From assembly GCA_963662285.2 (NCBI GenBank), contig CAXXMV010000002.1:1408001-1472000 (forward strand): DNA of 64,000 nucleotides, in the 5' to 3' direction. Each line of letters opens with the position of its first letter. The stretch's first letter is position 1. The notes beneath the pieces are model-generated. The model saw only the letters and a list, made by a program, of their open reading frames with translations. It was not told the DNA's origin and did not search any database. Of this stretch, positions 41,545-51,700 are shown one piece after another. The DNA is from a bacterium (GTDB lineage Bacteria > Hinthialibacterota > Hinthialibacteria > Hinthialibacterales > Hinthialibacteraceae). The position numbers and the translations under genes were made by a program.

Positions 41545-44500
41545 TGTTTTTCATTATCTTTGCTATTCTGGATTTTATCTGTATATAGAACAAGTTTTTC
41601 TAAGGCTTCTTCATAGTCCAAGGAAGAAATGTCATCTAGAATGGCATTAAAATCCTCAGGAAACATTGATGGCGTCAGGTGTTCTGTGATCGTTTTCGCC
41701 AGGTCATCAGCGTTTAAGTTGTTCTGATCTAACATAATGCCAAGTTGTGGAAGCATTTCATTGATGATGGTCTCTGGTGAAATAATCTCTTCAGAAATTA
41801 GCGTTTTTTCTTCGGCTGGCAAATCTTTTAAGGTTGAGATCGACTGAATAACTTCTTTCAGATTATTATCAAAATGTTGAAGCGCCTCCTCAATCCTAAT
41901 CAGGTTTTTGCGTTCAATCTCCAGTTCTAATGTTTTGGCGGCGCTATGTAATTGGTTGGCGGATATATTGCCGGCCACGCCCTTAATTGTATGGATTAAT
42001 TTTTTCGCTTCAAGCCAATTTTCTTCTTTAACGAAGGATTGGATATTGGATGTTGATTGACTGTAAGACGTTGAAAATTCCAAGAGAATTTCCTTATAAA
42101 TATGCCGGTTACCTTGTAGTCTGTCTAAGCCTTCGGACAAATCAAGACCTTCCAGAAATTCAGGAAAAGAATCACTGGCGTCTATAATCTGCGGGATCGG
42201 TGCGATTTCTTCTCTATTTTCATTATGTTCTCTATCGGGAATCCATTGCATCAAGGTATTAAAAAGGTTTTCCACATTGATTGGTTTGGAAATATGGTCA
42301 TTCATCCCGGCATCTAAACATTTTTGTTTTTCCTCTTGCATTGCATGAGCCGTCATGGCGATGATCGGAATGTTTTGATATCCCTGTCTCAATCGAATGA
42401 TTTGCGTGGCCTGATAGCCATCCATTTGAGGCATTTGTAAATCCATTAAAATGGCGTCATAGCATTTGTTCTCTACCGCCTTCACTGCTTCTAAGCCATT
42501 ATTGGCGACATCAACCAGAACTCCTTCGCTCTTCAATATTTCAGTGGCTACCAATTGGTTGATACTATTATCTTCCACTAAAAGAATACAGGAATTTCTT
42601 AATTTAGAAAGTCGATTTTGATCCTTGACGCCATCAAGGCTGGATGTTTCCTCAACTTTTGTTCCCAACGCCTTTAATATTGTATTAAATAAAGTTGATT
42701 GTGATAAAGGTTTGGATAAAAACGAGTGTATGCCTACTTCTTTGGCCTGTTGAATGACGCCTTCCATCCTGTAAGCTGAGATCATAATGATCATAGGCGG
42801 TTGAAGGAGTTTTTCATTTTCACGAATTTTTGCAGCAGATTCAATGCCATCCATTTGGGGCATTTGACAATCCATCAACACAACATCAAACGGATTGCCT
42901 TCTTGAGAAGATTGCTGGATTAGATCAATCGCCTCTTGCCCGGAGCATACGGTTTTCACATTCACCGCATTGGATTCCAACATCTCCTGGATTATAATCC
43001 GGGCGGTTTCATTATCATCCACCACCAAGACATTTAATCCTTCAATCTCTTTAAGTCTTTTACGGTAGTGAGGTGGAACTTGCGTTTGTAATTCAAACCG
43101 GGCGGTGAAAGTAAAAGTGCTGCCTTTGTCCGGTTCGCTTGAAACAAAGATTTCTCCGTTCATCATATCAACAAGTTTTTTGCATATTGAAAGCCCCAAT
43201 CCCGTCCCGCCAAATTTTCTGGTAGTCGATTCATCCGCTTGGGTAAAGGAAGAAAAGAGGTTCGGGATGATTTTGGGATCAATACCAATGCCTGTATCAG
43301 TAACCTGGAATTTTATTTGCGCCGTATTGGCAATCATTTTATCAAGCATTACATGAATTACAACTTCTCCCTTTTCGGTGAATTTGATAGCATTAGTTGT
43401 CAGGTTGATAATAATTTGCTGTAGTCGAAGAGGATCTCCAATTAAGGCATACGGAGTTTCCGGTTCTATACGGACCAGCAGTTCAATTCCTTTTTCCGTC
43501 GTCTTGAATGATAGCATTTCGGCTACTAGATCAATGATGTCATGCAGGTAAAAATCAATATTCTCCAGTTCTAATTTTCCCGCTTCAATTTTAGAAAAGT
43601 CAAGGATATCGTTGATAATTCCCAGTAGAGAGTTCGATGAATCCTGTATTTTTTTAAGATAGTCATGCTGAACTCCATCAAGATTGGTTTTCAGCAATAA
43701 ACCGGATAAACCAATAATGGCATTCATGGGAGTGCGTATTTCATGGCTCATATTAGCCAGGAAAAGACTCTTGGATTCATTTGCCTGTTCGGCAAGTATC
43801 ATTGCTTTTTCGAGTTCCTCTTGAGCTTGTTTTTGGGCGGTAATATCCCGGAAGATACTCCGCGTGACAGTTGGTGCGCCATTTTCAAAGCGGCAGTTTA
43901 TGCTGCCGGAAAGAATGATTTCCTCTCTATTTTTTTTCAGAAAGGTTACTTCAACATTGTGTAAAACTGCTCCATTTAATATCTGTTGAAATAACTGATG
44001 GCAATGATCATGCATTTCCGGGCTTATAACATCAAATAAGTTTAATTTTTTGATGTCTTCTTCAGGATATCCTAATATTTCTTTCCACGAGCGATTTACA
44101 AAGACGAAATTGCCATTTGTATCGACGCTCTGAATAAGGTCGCTGGCGTTTTCAAGAAAATCAAGCAGTTGATTTTCATTCTCTAATAAAGCTTCATAAA
44201 TTCGGTTGCGTTCCAGGTTTTCCCTGAATCCTTGCAGTAGAATTCCAGTAGTAGAGGCAAAGGGTTCTAAAAAATGAATCAAATCGTCATCATATCCTCC
44301 CGGACGATTAGCAATTCCATACATCCCGACTAAATTATCACCTGCAAAAATTGGGACGCCGCAAAATGTGTTCAACGGAGGGTGACCATCCGGCAAGCCG
44401 CCCCGGCGGGAATCAGTACCTGGATCATTACTGATGACGATTTCTCCGGTTTTAAGTACATGACCAAATAATGTGTTTAAGTTTCTTAGTTCTAATCCAT

Positions 44501-46562
44501 CAGGGGCCTTATCATTATAAAGTAACTGTGTATTTTCATCCCAGGCTATATTGGTAATCGCAAGGGTTTTCAAATAAGCTTTCTTGTTATCGTCATATAA
44601 TACTTCCCCGATAAAACCATATTCACTTTCGGATGCTTGGATTAAAGTGATGAGCATATCGTCAAAAATCTCATGGGAATTAGCGGCATTGACAAAGCGT
44701 GAGGAAGCCAAATGAAGTGTACGCAGCATTTGGTCTTGTCGATTTTGGAATTTTTCTGATTCGATTTTCTTGGAAATATCCCTTAAAATTCCTACAAAGA
44801 ATAATTCTCCACCCAGTTGCATTTTACCGACAGAAAGATCTAGTGGGGTCTCATTACCATTTTTATGTAACCCGGATACCTCTCGTCCTATACCGATGAT
44901 TTTTGAAATGCCGGACTCTAAATGATTTTTGAGATACTGGTCATGAGCCTTTTGATAAGGTTCAGGCATTAATAGTTTAACATTTTTACCAATTACCTCT
45001 TCTGTGGAATAGCCGAATATTCTTTCAGAGGCTTTATTAAATGTCTGAATAATTCCCTTGGAATCAATTGTTATAATGGAATCCAACACGGTGTCTAGAA
45101 TAGACTGCAATCTGTTTTCATCATCAATTAATGTTTGTTCGGTCTGCTTGCGCCATGTGATATCGGTCGATATAAACAAGTACCCAATTAAAGTATAATT
45201 CGCGTCATACATCTCGCTTATGGCTAAATTAATGCAAATGTTTTCTCCGTTTTGACAGATGCAGGTCCACTCGCGCTCCTTAAATTTATGATGTTTATTT
45301 TGTTCAATAAATTTCTTGATTCCGATTATATCGTGTCCAGACGCTGGTTTCTGATAATTGATAAATTGATTAATCTCACTTTCTTTATGTAGGATCAGGG
45401 GTGTTTGTTTACCCACCATTTCCTTGGCGGAGTAGCCATACATACGCTCGGCGCCTGTGTTAAAAACATCTATAACACCTTGCAGGTCAGTGGCGATAAT
45501 GGAAACCTGCAGGGCTGAATCCAACAAAAAGCGATATTTGGAAATAGCTTCTTCTAAATCCATGGCAATTTGTTTTCGCTGGGTAGTCATTTCAACATGC
45601 ATGATTACCCCGCCGATATTTAAATCCTTATCGGTCCAGGGTTGAATATCCCATTGAAGCCATTCAACTTTTCCATTTGGACAGACAAATATATCTTCAT
45701 CGCATTTCTCTATCGCTCCAGCCAAACAATGTTTATAGATTTTTTTCCAGCGTTGGGGAATATTGGGGAATAATTCATAGTGAGAACGGCCAATAATATC
45801 TTGCTCACCAAGGTCAAAATCTTCCTGCCACTTTTTACTACAATACAGATATCTCATCTCCATATCAAACATGGCAATTGCTGCTGGAGCATTAATGACG
45901 AATTTCTTCAATAATTCTTCGGCTGTTCTTTTATCTAATACCTGCTTTTGGATCTCTATTGATTGACGATGCAGTTCTTCGTTGGATTCTCTGAGATTGT
46001 TTTGAAATTGCTCTACAGTATTTATGGCTGTCAAAAATGATCTATATATCCGGTTCTTTATAATAAAGATCAGCACGGACAATAATAAAGCCGCAGCCTG
46101 AAGAAAAATATAATGTATCCAGGTGGATGAACCGCCTTCCAGCCAGATGGCAATGCCCCATCCTGCTAAACTCACTGCATAGAAAGAGATCAGCCATAGG
46201 GGAGATAAAAAGAAATATCCTACAGCAATAATCAGCAATGAAATATTGGTCGATTGTTGAGGATCAAGAGTCAGGTATAAATGCAATAAACAATTGAGCA
46301 GAACCAGGAAAGCGATCCCAATGGTCAGGGGAATAGCCCATTTTTCACTAATTTCAATACGGATCATATAAATAAAAATCAATAGCATAATTAAAGAAGA
46401 CAAGCCCGATAATGAAATCATTATTATTGCTATAGTGGGAGAGAGAAATAAGTAATGACTAAAAGATATGATTAAATAATAAAAGAAAAGACCAAGCGTC
46501 AGAGGACGGAGGCTTTTCATAAGGATTTTATCATAGGATAAAATCGAGGGTGATGGTTCCAT
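41541..46562 (-). CDS. Membrane-bound hybrid histidine kinase: TM region-PAS-PAS-PAS-GAF-PAS-HisKA-HATPase-REC-REC-HPt
   Basis: FLANMSHEIRTPMN, GDPLRLQQIIINL, GGTGLGL, receivers LMDCQMP and LMDLQMP, HPt HTIKGVAG; about six N-terminal hydrophobic helices. Confidence 0.95.
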   Translation of the reverse strand: MEPSPSILSYDKILMKSLRPLTLGLFFYYLIISFSHYLFLSPTIAIIMISLSGLSSLIMLLIFIYMIRIEISEKWAIPLTIGIAFLVLLNCLLHLYLTLDPQQSTNISLLIIAVGYFFLSPLWLISFYAVSLAGWGIAIWLEGGSSTWIHYIFLQAAALLLSVLIFIIKNRIYRSFLTAINTVEQFQNNLRESNEELHRQSIEIQKQVLDKRTAEELLKKFVINAPAAIAMFDMEMRYLYCSKKWQEDFDLGEQDIIGRSHYELFPNIPQRWKKIYKHCLAGAIEKCDEDIFVCPNGKVEWLQWDIQPWTDKDLNIGGVIMHVEMTTQRKQIAMDLEEAISKYRFLLDSALQVSIIATDLQGVIDVFNTGAERMYGYSAKEMVGKQTPLILHKESEINQFINYQKPASGHDIIGIKKFIEQNKHHKFKEREWTCICQNGENICINLAISEMYDANYTLIGYLFISTDITWRKQTEQTLIDDENRLQSILDTVLDSIITIDSKGIIQTFNKASERIFGYSTEEVIGKNVKLLMPEPYQKAHDQYLKNHLESGISKIIGIGREVSGLHKNGNETPLDLSVGKMQLGGELFFVGILRDISKKIESEKFQNRQDQMLRTLHLASSRFVNAANSHEIFDDMLITLIQASESEYGFIGEVLYDDNKKAYLKTLAITNIAWDENTQLLYNDKAPDGLELRNLNTLFGHVLKTGEIVISNDPGTDSRRGGLPDGHPPLNTFCGVPIFAGDNLVGMYGIANRPGGYDDDLIHFLEPFASTTGILLQGFRENLERNRIYEALLENENQLLDFLENASDLIQSVDTNGNFVFVNRSWKEILGYPEEDIKKLNLFDVISPEMHDHCHQLFQQILNGAVLHNVEVTFLKKNREEIILSGSINCRFENGAPTVTRSIFRDITAQKQAQEELEKAMILAEQANESKSLFLANMSHEIRTPMNAIIGLSGLLLKTNLDGVQHDYLKKIQDSSNSLLGIINDILDFSKIEAGKLELENIDFYLHDIIDLVAEMLSFKTTEKGIELLVRIEPETPYALIGDPLRLQQIIINLTTNAIKFTEKGEVVIHVMLDKMIANTAQIKFQVTDTGIGIDPKIIPNLFSSFTQADESTTRKFGGTGLGLSICKKLVDMMNGEIFVSSEPDKGSTFTFTARFELQTQVPPHYRKRLKEIEGLNVLVVDDNETARIIIQEMLESNAVNVKTVCSGQEAIDLIQQSSQEGNPFDVVLMDCQMPQMDGIESAAKIRENEKLLQPPMIIMISAYRMEGVIQQAKEVGIHSFLSKPLSQSTLFNTILKALGTKVEETSSLDGVKDQNRLSKLRNSCILLVEDNSINQLVATEILKSEGVLVDVANNGLEAVKAVENKCYDAILMDLQMPQMDGYQATQIIRLRQGYQNIPIIAMTAHAMQEEKQKCLDAGMNDHISKPINVENLFNTLMQWIPDREHNENREEIAPIPQIIDASDSFPEFLEGLDLSEGLDRLQGNRHIYKEILLEFSTSYSQSTSNIQSFVKEENWLEAKKLIHTIKGVAGNISANQLHSAAKTLELEIERKNLIRIEEALQHFDNNLKEVIQSISTLKDLPAEEKTLISEEIISPETIINEMLPQLGIMLDQNNLNADDLAKTITEHLTPSMFPEDFNAILDDISSLDYEEALEKLVLYTDKIQNSKDNEKQ

Positions 46563-46639
46563 TTCTATATTCCTTAATACAAAATTGATATATTCAATTT
46601 CAACATCAGGGGCGCTTTATACAACCAAACAGTTTGCTC

Positions 46640-48646
46640 CTATGTATCTTCATATTTATCTCGAAAACGATTTTTGAGTTTAGATTTTTCACTATCCCTA
46701 AGTCGTTCAGCAAAAACATCCTCGCTGACGAAAGTGGATTCACTGGACTTGGAGGGAAGATTGAGCAAGGTGTTATAACGATTCATGATCTCCCGGCTCA
46801 ATTCTTTGGGATAATCTGGATTTGATTCATTCATTTCACTTTCGGTAAGGTTCTGACAAGCTTTTTGATATAAATATGGATGTTCTTTCTCTACCCATTT
46901 CAAACCATTACCATGCATTAATTCTTTAATAAACGATAATCGGGAATGTACATCTTTCGAGGATTTCATGGTTTTTTCGAATCGCATTGCTGGATAACGG
47001 GCTAGAAAAGTATTGAGTAAAAGTGGACGCATTAAATCAGGCAGTTTTATTTTAGGAAAATTTGACAACAAATCCTTAATCGCAACAGCCTTATACTTTT
47101 GACGATTAAATACCATAGATGGATTGAAACTATCAATAACGCCAAATTGATTTTTTATTCCAAAACTGGTAAGCAGCGAAAAAGTACCATAGTCCGGCAG
47201 CTGCAGCAAGGGAACCACACGCAATGACCAGCGGTTGTAATAATGTAAAAGATGCTCTCGGTATTGATGGACTTCCATCCAATAGTATATTGAACTGCGA
47301 TCTTCCGATGTGGATGCAGTGTCAGTCAATTCATTTGTAACAACCAGATTGACGTCCGGTTTATCCGGCACAGGAATCAAATCCATCGGTCCAAATACCA
47401 CCGCCTTGGGAATCTCTTGCCATTTCGCATAGTTCTGCAATTCAGCAATATGTTTTTTGATTGAATAATTAAGATGAGGATGTAATTTGGTATGCTTGAT
47501 AATCTCATTAATATTAAACACCGTAAGGAAAAGGCATGTTTCTAAAGATAGCCCGTCAAAACTACACCTGTATGCCTTCAAATCCTTGTTCTTAAATTCC
47601 TCATTCAGAAGATATTCCTTGGTCGAGGTGGATTCTTCTTCAGGATACTGGTCATTATAGGTATAGATATCACCATTTTGATTCAAACCGACAGGAAGCT
47701 TCTCATGCTCAGATGCTTCGTGCAACCGTACGGCAAAAGTCAGTTTGTCGGCTTTAATATTTTGCATGGCGGGTTTTAACAATAATTCATAAATATTCCC
47801 ATCCATTCCTTGATCATACATAAAAGATGCAATCTCTTGAAATCCTTCCATTTGTTTTAATATTGTGAAAAAATATTCTGGATGAGTGAGTATCTCTCGA
47901 ATAGTATTATTCAAGTTGCCTTCTTCACGGGTGGCCGTCAGGGGATGATATAAGTGAAGAGAGCCTTTCTCTCGAGTATGGAATACTCCGGTAATATAAA
48001 TTTTAGATACTTCAGGCAAGTCATCCACCAGCACTTTTGCTTTTGCTTGCCGAATGTCTTTGTTAATATCTTTCAATTCACCGGTTTTATCTGGTTCGAT
48101 TACCTGCTTGAGGTCCTTTGATGCAGCCGTATCGGGTTCATCGGATTTTTCAGTAGTTTTTGATTCTTGATTTTTTGAGATGGTTTGTGATTTTTCATCA
48201 GATGGAGAAAAATCAGTTACAGGAGATTTATAACTTTTTGAAGGTTGACCGATTGCCTTGGCGATGGAAGAACATATCATTTCTTGAGTCATAAATTGTT
48301 TTATGATGTATCCTTTGGCGCCAAGACTAATCGAGGTGCGGACTGACTCATTTCTATTATCGACCGTCAACATGATAATAGAAATATCTTCATCAATTTC
48401 CCGCAGCAAAGGCAAAATAGTTAAACCGCTTCCCAAGGGCATGTTAATATCAAGAAGAACTACGTCGGGGCGATGGGTTGATATCTGATTAACAGATTCC
48501 ACTCCCGTTCCAGCAGTGCCGCACACATTACATCCCTGCTTCTCAAGTAAAGGTTTGACGATATGAATAATGGCTTCATCATCGTCGCAAATAACTATCT
48601 TCAAGTTTTTTAATTGTGGATAACTCTTGTTCATGTCAGCGTTCAT
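46640..48646 (-). CDS. Response regulator: N-terminal receiver plus a large C-terminal domain of unknown function
   Basis: IVICDDD, VVLLDINMP, IIMLT and GYIIKQ; charged linker; unrecognised C-terminus of about 450 aa. ATG 48646 has AAGGA upstream. Confidence 0.8.
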   Translation of the reverse strand: MNADMNKSYPQLKNLKIVICDDDEAIIHIVKPLLEKQGCNVCGTAGTGVESVNQISTHRPDVVLLDINMPLGSGLTILPLLREIDEDISIIMLTVDNRNESVRTSISLGAKGYIIKQFMTQEMICSSIAKAIGQPSKSYKSPVTDFSPSDEKSQTISKNQESKTTEKSDEPDTAASKDLKQVIEPDKTGELKDINKDIRQAKAKVLVDDLPEVSKIYITGVFHTREKGSLHLYHPLTATREEGNLNNTIREILTHPEYFFTILKQMEGFQEIASFMYDQGMDGNIYELLLKPAMQNIKADKLTFAVRLHEASEHEKLPVGLNQNGDIYTYNDQYPEEESTSTKEYLLNEEFKNKDLKAYRCSFDGLSLETCLFLTVFNINEIIKHTKLHPHLNYSIKKHIAELQNYAKWQEIPKAVVFGPMDLIPVPDKPDVNLVVTNELTDTASTSEDRSSIYYWMEVHQYREHLLHYYNRWSLRVVPLLQLPDYGTFSLLTSFGIKNQFGVIDSFNPSMVFNRQKYKAVAIKDLLSNFPKIKLPDLMRPLLLNTFLARYPAMRFEKTMKSSKDVHSRLSFIKELMHGNGLKWVEKEHPYLYQKACQNLTESEMNESNPDYPKELSREIMNRYNTLLNLPSKSSESTFVSEDVFAERLRDSEKSKLKNRFRDKYEDT

Positions 48647-48744
48647 GACATTTTCCTTAGAGACTTTCTTATTCAACTAATATAATAGAGAGCGTTTACG
48701 CAATAGGATCATTATAGTATGTTTATAAATGATTTAATAAAAAA

Positions 48745-51700
48745 TCACCATTTAAGCCAACCGCCCTTTTGACGGCGGTTCAGCGCTTTCAATACCACCG
48801 AAGCATTTTGTAGACTTATGCGTTGTCGAATTAAATCCTTATATACTCTTTTGGCCATGCGTTGCCGTTTAATAGCATCATAACCATCGATAAAACTCTC
48901 AATAAATTCTATAATGCCAGTAAGAAAAATTCCTCCTTTACGACTACTTGTTCCCTCTAGATTTTCATATATTTTTTCAAGTTGGATTTCCAGGTTTCTA
49001 GATATTACATTTTGAAAAGCCTGGATATCTTCCCGTTGAGCCGCAAGTGAGGTTTTCAAGTAATCCAAAGTTTCCCGAACAGCGATTTCGCTTAGCAGTC
49101 CGAATTCCTGAAAATTAGCTAGTTCCGTTAAGCCGTCGAGCATAAGAGAAACATCTTCTTGCTGGGCCCTCTGACATGCCTGATGGCATTTATCCCAGGC
49201 CTGCCATCGGTATACGAAATCCAAGCCTGTACCCTTGATATTTTGTATGCCCATAATGTGGTTCAGGTATCCGGGAGGCGTTGACTCGCAGATGGTATGA
49301 ATGACTTCTTCTCCAGATGCATAATAATCATCAATTACAACAAACTTTGAAAAGAAACGATTGGTCAGCAATTTTTTGAGTTCCTGCAAAACTGCAGGAT
49401 CAGACGAATCATTGCTTAGAACTTTCTGTTGTATTGATTCATACTGTTGATAGCTATCCCGTTCCTGCTCAAAATAGCGTTCAATATCTTGCGCAATATC
49501 AACAGGCAAAACTGACGAAAGAACCGAAGATAGTGAATCGGGATCACTTATTATTTGATCAACAACCTGCTCTGCAGGAGGATTATCCACTGCATCCAAC
49601 ATGCTGCTAAGCGCGGATTTAAGCATGTTTTCTGTATAGGGGATGCGGAATTTTTTGGCATACATCAGCAATACATCCTCAGGAGGAGTAACTTTATCCT
49701 GACGTTGGATGCTTAAGGTAATTGTATCTGCATATTGTTCCCAGGCTTCCCGGATGTATCCCATCATCCCCTTCAGGTTGCCGCCGATGAGATAATGACG
49801 ATCAGCGCTTAGGTCATTAACCAGCATCGAGGCGAAGACCCGTGAACGTGGGATGCGGTCAGCGCGATTATTTACTACAGTTGTAACCCAGACGCCCGGA
49901 TCATTTTCCGGATCGTATTGGTGAAATCCCAATCGCGTCCAATTCTCTATGCAACCACGACGCTCGTTGGCCGACATGCCATTTGAGAAATCCAGTTTAC
50001 GACGGTTTAGTTTCGCTGTGGGATGTACTTTCAGTACTCCCAAATCAGGAATGACGTAATCCGCCATTTCTTTTAAGGCGAAATCACGGTCAATCCCCAA
50101 TTCCTCTGCTAAAGAAATCACCAAAGCCACATTAAATGGATGTTCCTTGTATGGAAAACGATCCAATACATCATCAGTCAGCATACCGGCTTCCAACCAG
50201 CCGACAGTATGAAATCGGGTTTTAAATTCTTGACTGGCGTCATGAAGAAGGGGTTTCATTTGTTCCTCACTGGTCAACAGCACCGAGTGTTTAGGAATAA
50301 AACACGTCATCACTTGAGGTATATTAATACCCGCAGGTCCTTGAACATCTTCATGGTCTGGATATGTATTGGTTATCGTGGAAAAATCATCTCTCATCCA
50401 TTTTTTCTGCAAAATCTCAACATAGGAGGGCGTTAATCCCATACATTCCCAAAGATAAACTTCGGAATTAAGACGTGATGCCAAATGAACCACGTCTTTC
50501 TGTTCCCATATCGTAGCCTTGTCATAAGATCGAAAAATAAAGAGTTCGTGCAATCGACCAAAAGTATGACCAAACATAAACATCGCTTCACAACCGGTGG
50601 TTTTGGAAAATACTTGAAATCCACTGGAATTTAACAAGGCGGCTTTTAAACGTTCAGTCCCCGATTTGCCACGGGTTCCCCAACCTCCCATAACCAGAGG
50701 AATTGATTGTCGGGCTTTTTGTAGTCTTCGATAGAGAAGCCAATGATTACCTAAAAATAAAAGCGTTATTGCTACTAGAAATATACTAAGTTCAAATAGA
50801 GAATTTTCGTAAACCGATAGAAAATAATTTAGAATACGTTCTCCTAAACCTTGTAATTCCAGCATCGGAAAGCTCAAAGGAAAAAAACGCTCAATCATTG
50901 GATCGGGAACAGCCTGTTTTTCTTCAATGGTATTATAGGATCGAAAATTGATTCGGAATCCTTTTTGACGCATGGCCTGAATATACTGGCGTGGATCTTT
51001 ATTGCTGGTTTCGCTCCAATTACGCATTTGCGCAAGTAATGCGAAATTAAAAGTAAGGCTTATATAAGCCCATAAGCGGGTCGGCCAAAAACGGGGCGCC
51101 CGGATTTCGGTGATTCCTTCATGCGTATAAAATCGAACTGGTCGATTACGCAATGTATTCAAACAAGAAAGAAAGTCATCCGCCAACGGCAAGTATGGCC
51201 GCCAGCCGTTTTCAGTAGGAATAAAAAGCGGTTCTCCCGGTACTTTGGTTTCTGAAAGTTCCGCCAGAATTGCTGAAGGAGCGCGGATGGAACTGTGCGA
51301 CACGCGTCCGATTGTATGATTAAAGGCCTGTCTTTTATCCGATGACGGATGGCGTAATTCATATATCATTCGCCATAAGCGAAAGCGGAAAACAAAACCA
51401 CGGGTTATGCAGGGTCTCAAAAAACCTCTCTTAAAATCAAGCCCGAAATCGTCCTGGGATAAAACCGCCAATACTCGACCGATAAAATCGTCACTTAATC
51501 CCTTAAACCATTTGCGTGGAATACGACGACTGCGACCAGGAGGAATTGCCTTAATAATGCTTTCCAGTTTTTCCTTCAGTTTTCTCGCCTCAGCGTTGGT
51601 ATTACACCAGATTTGCTCCAATCCCATAGAAGCCCAACGTCGCACCGAAAGAGAGGTTGCGTTAATATGGAGATAGTCCAGGCGCTCCACGGCCATAGCA

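Noticed and set aside
48745-50750. Peptidoglycan Mur ligase, FolC or cyanophycin synthetase assignment
   Set aside because: The motif set (GxRGKS, KTTG, ECM, DHxDVxGP, NxRxDR) fits PgsB/CapB; there is no ATP-grasp domain and no dcw-cluster context.
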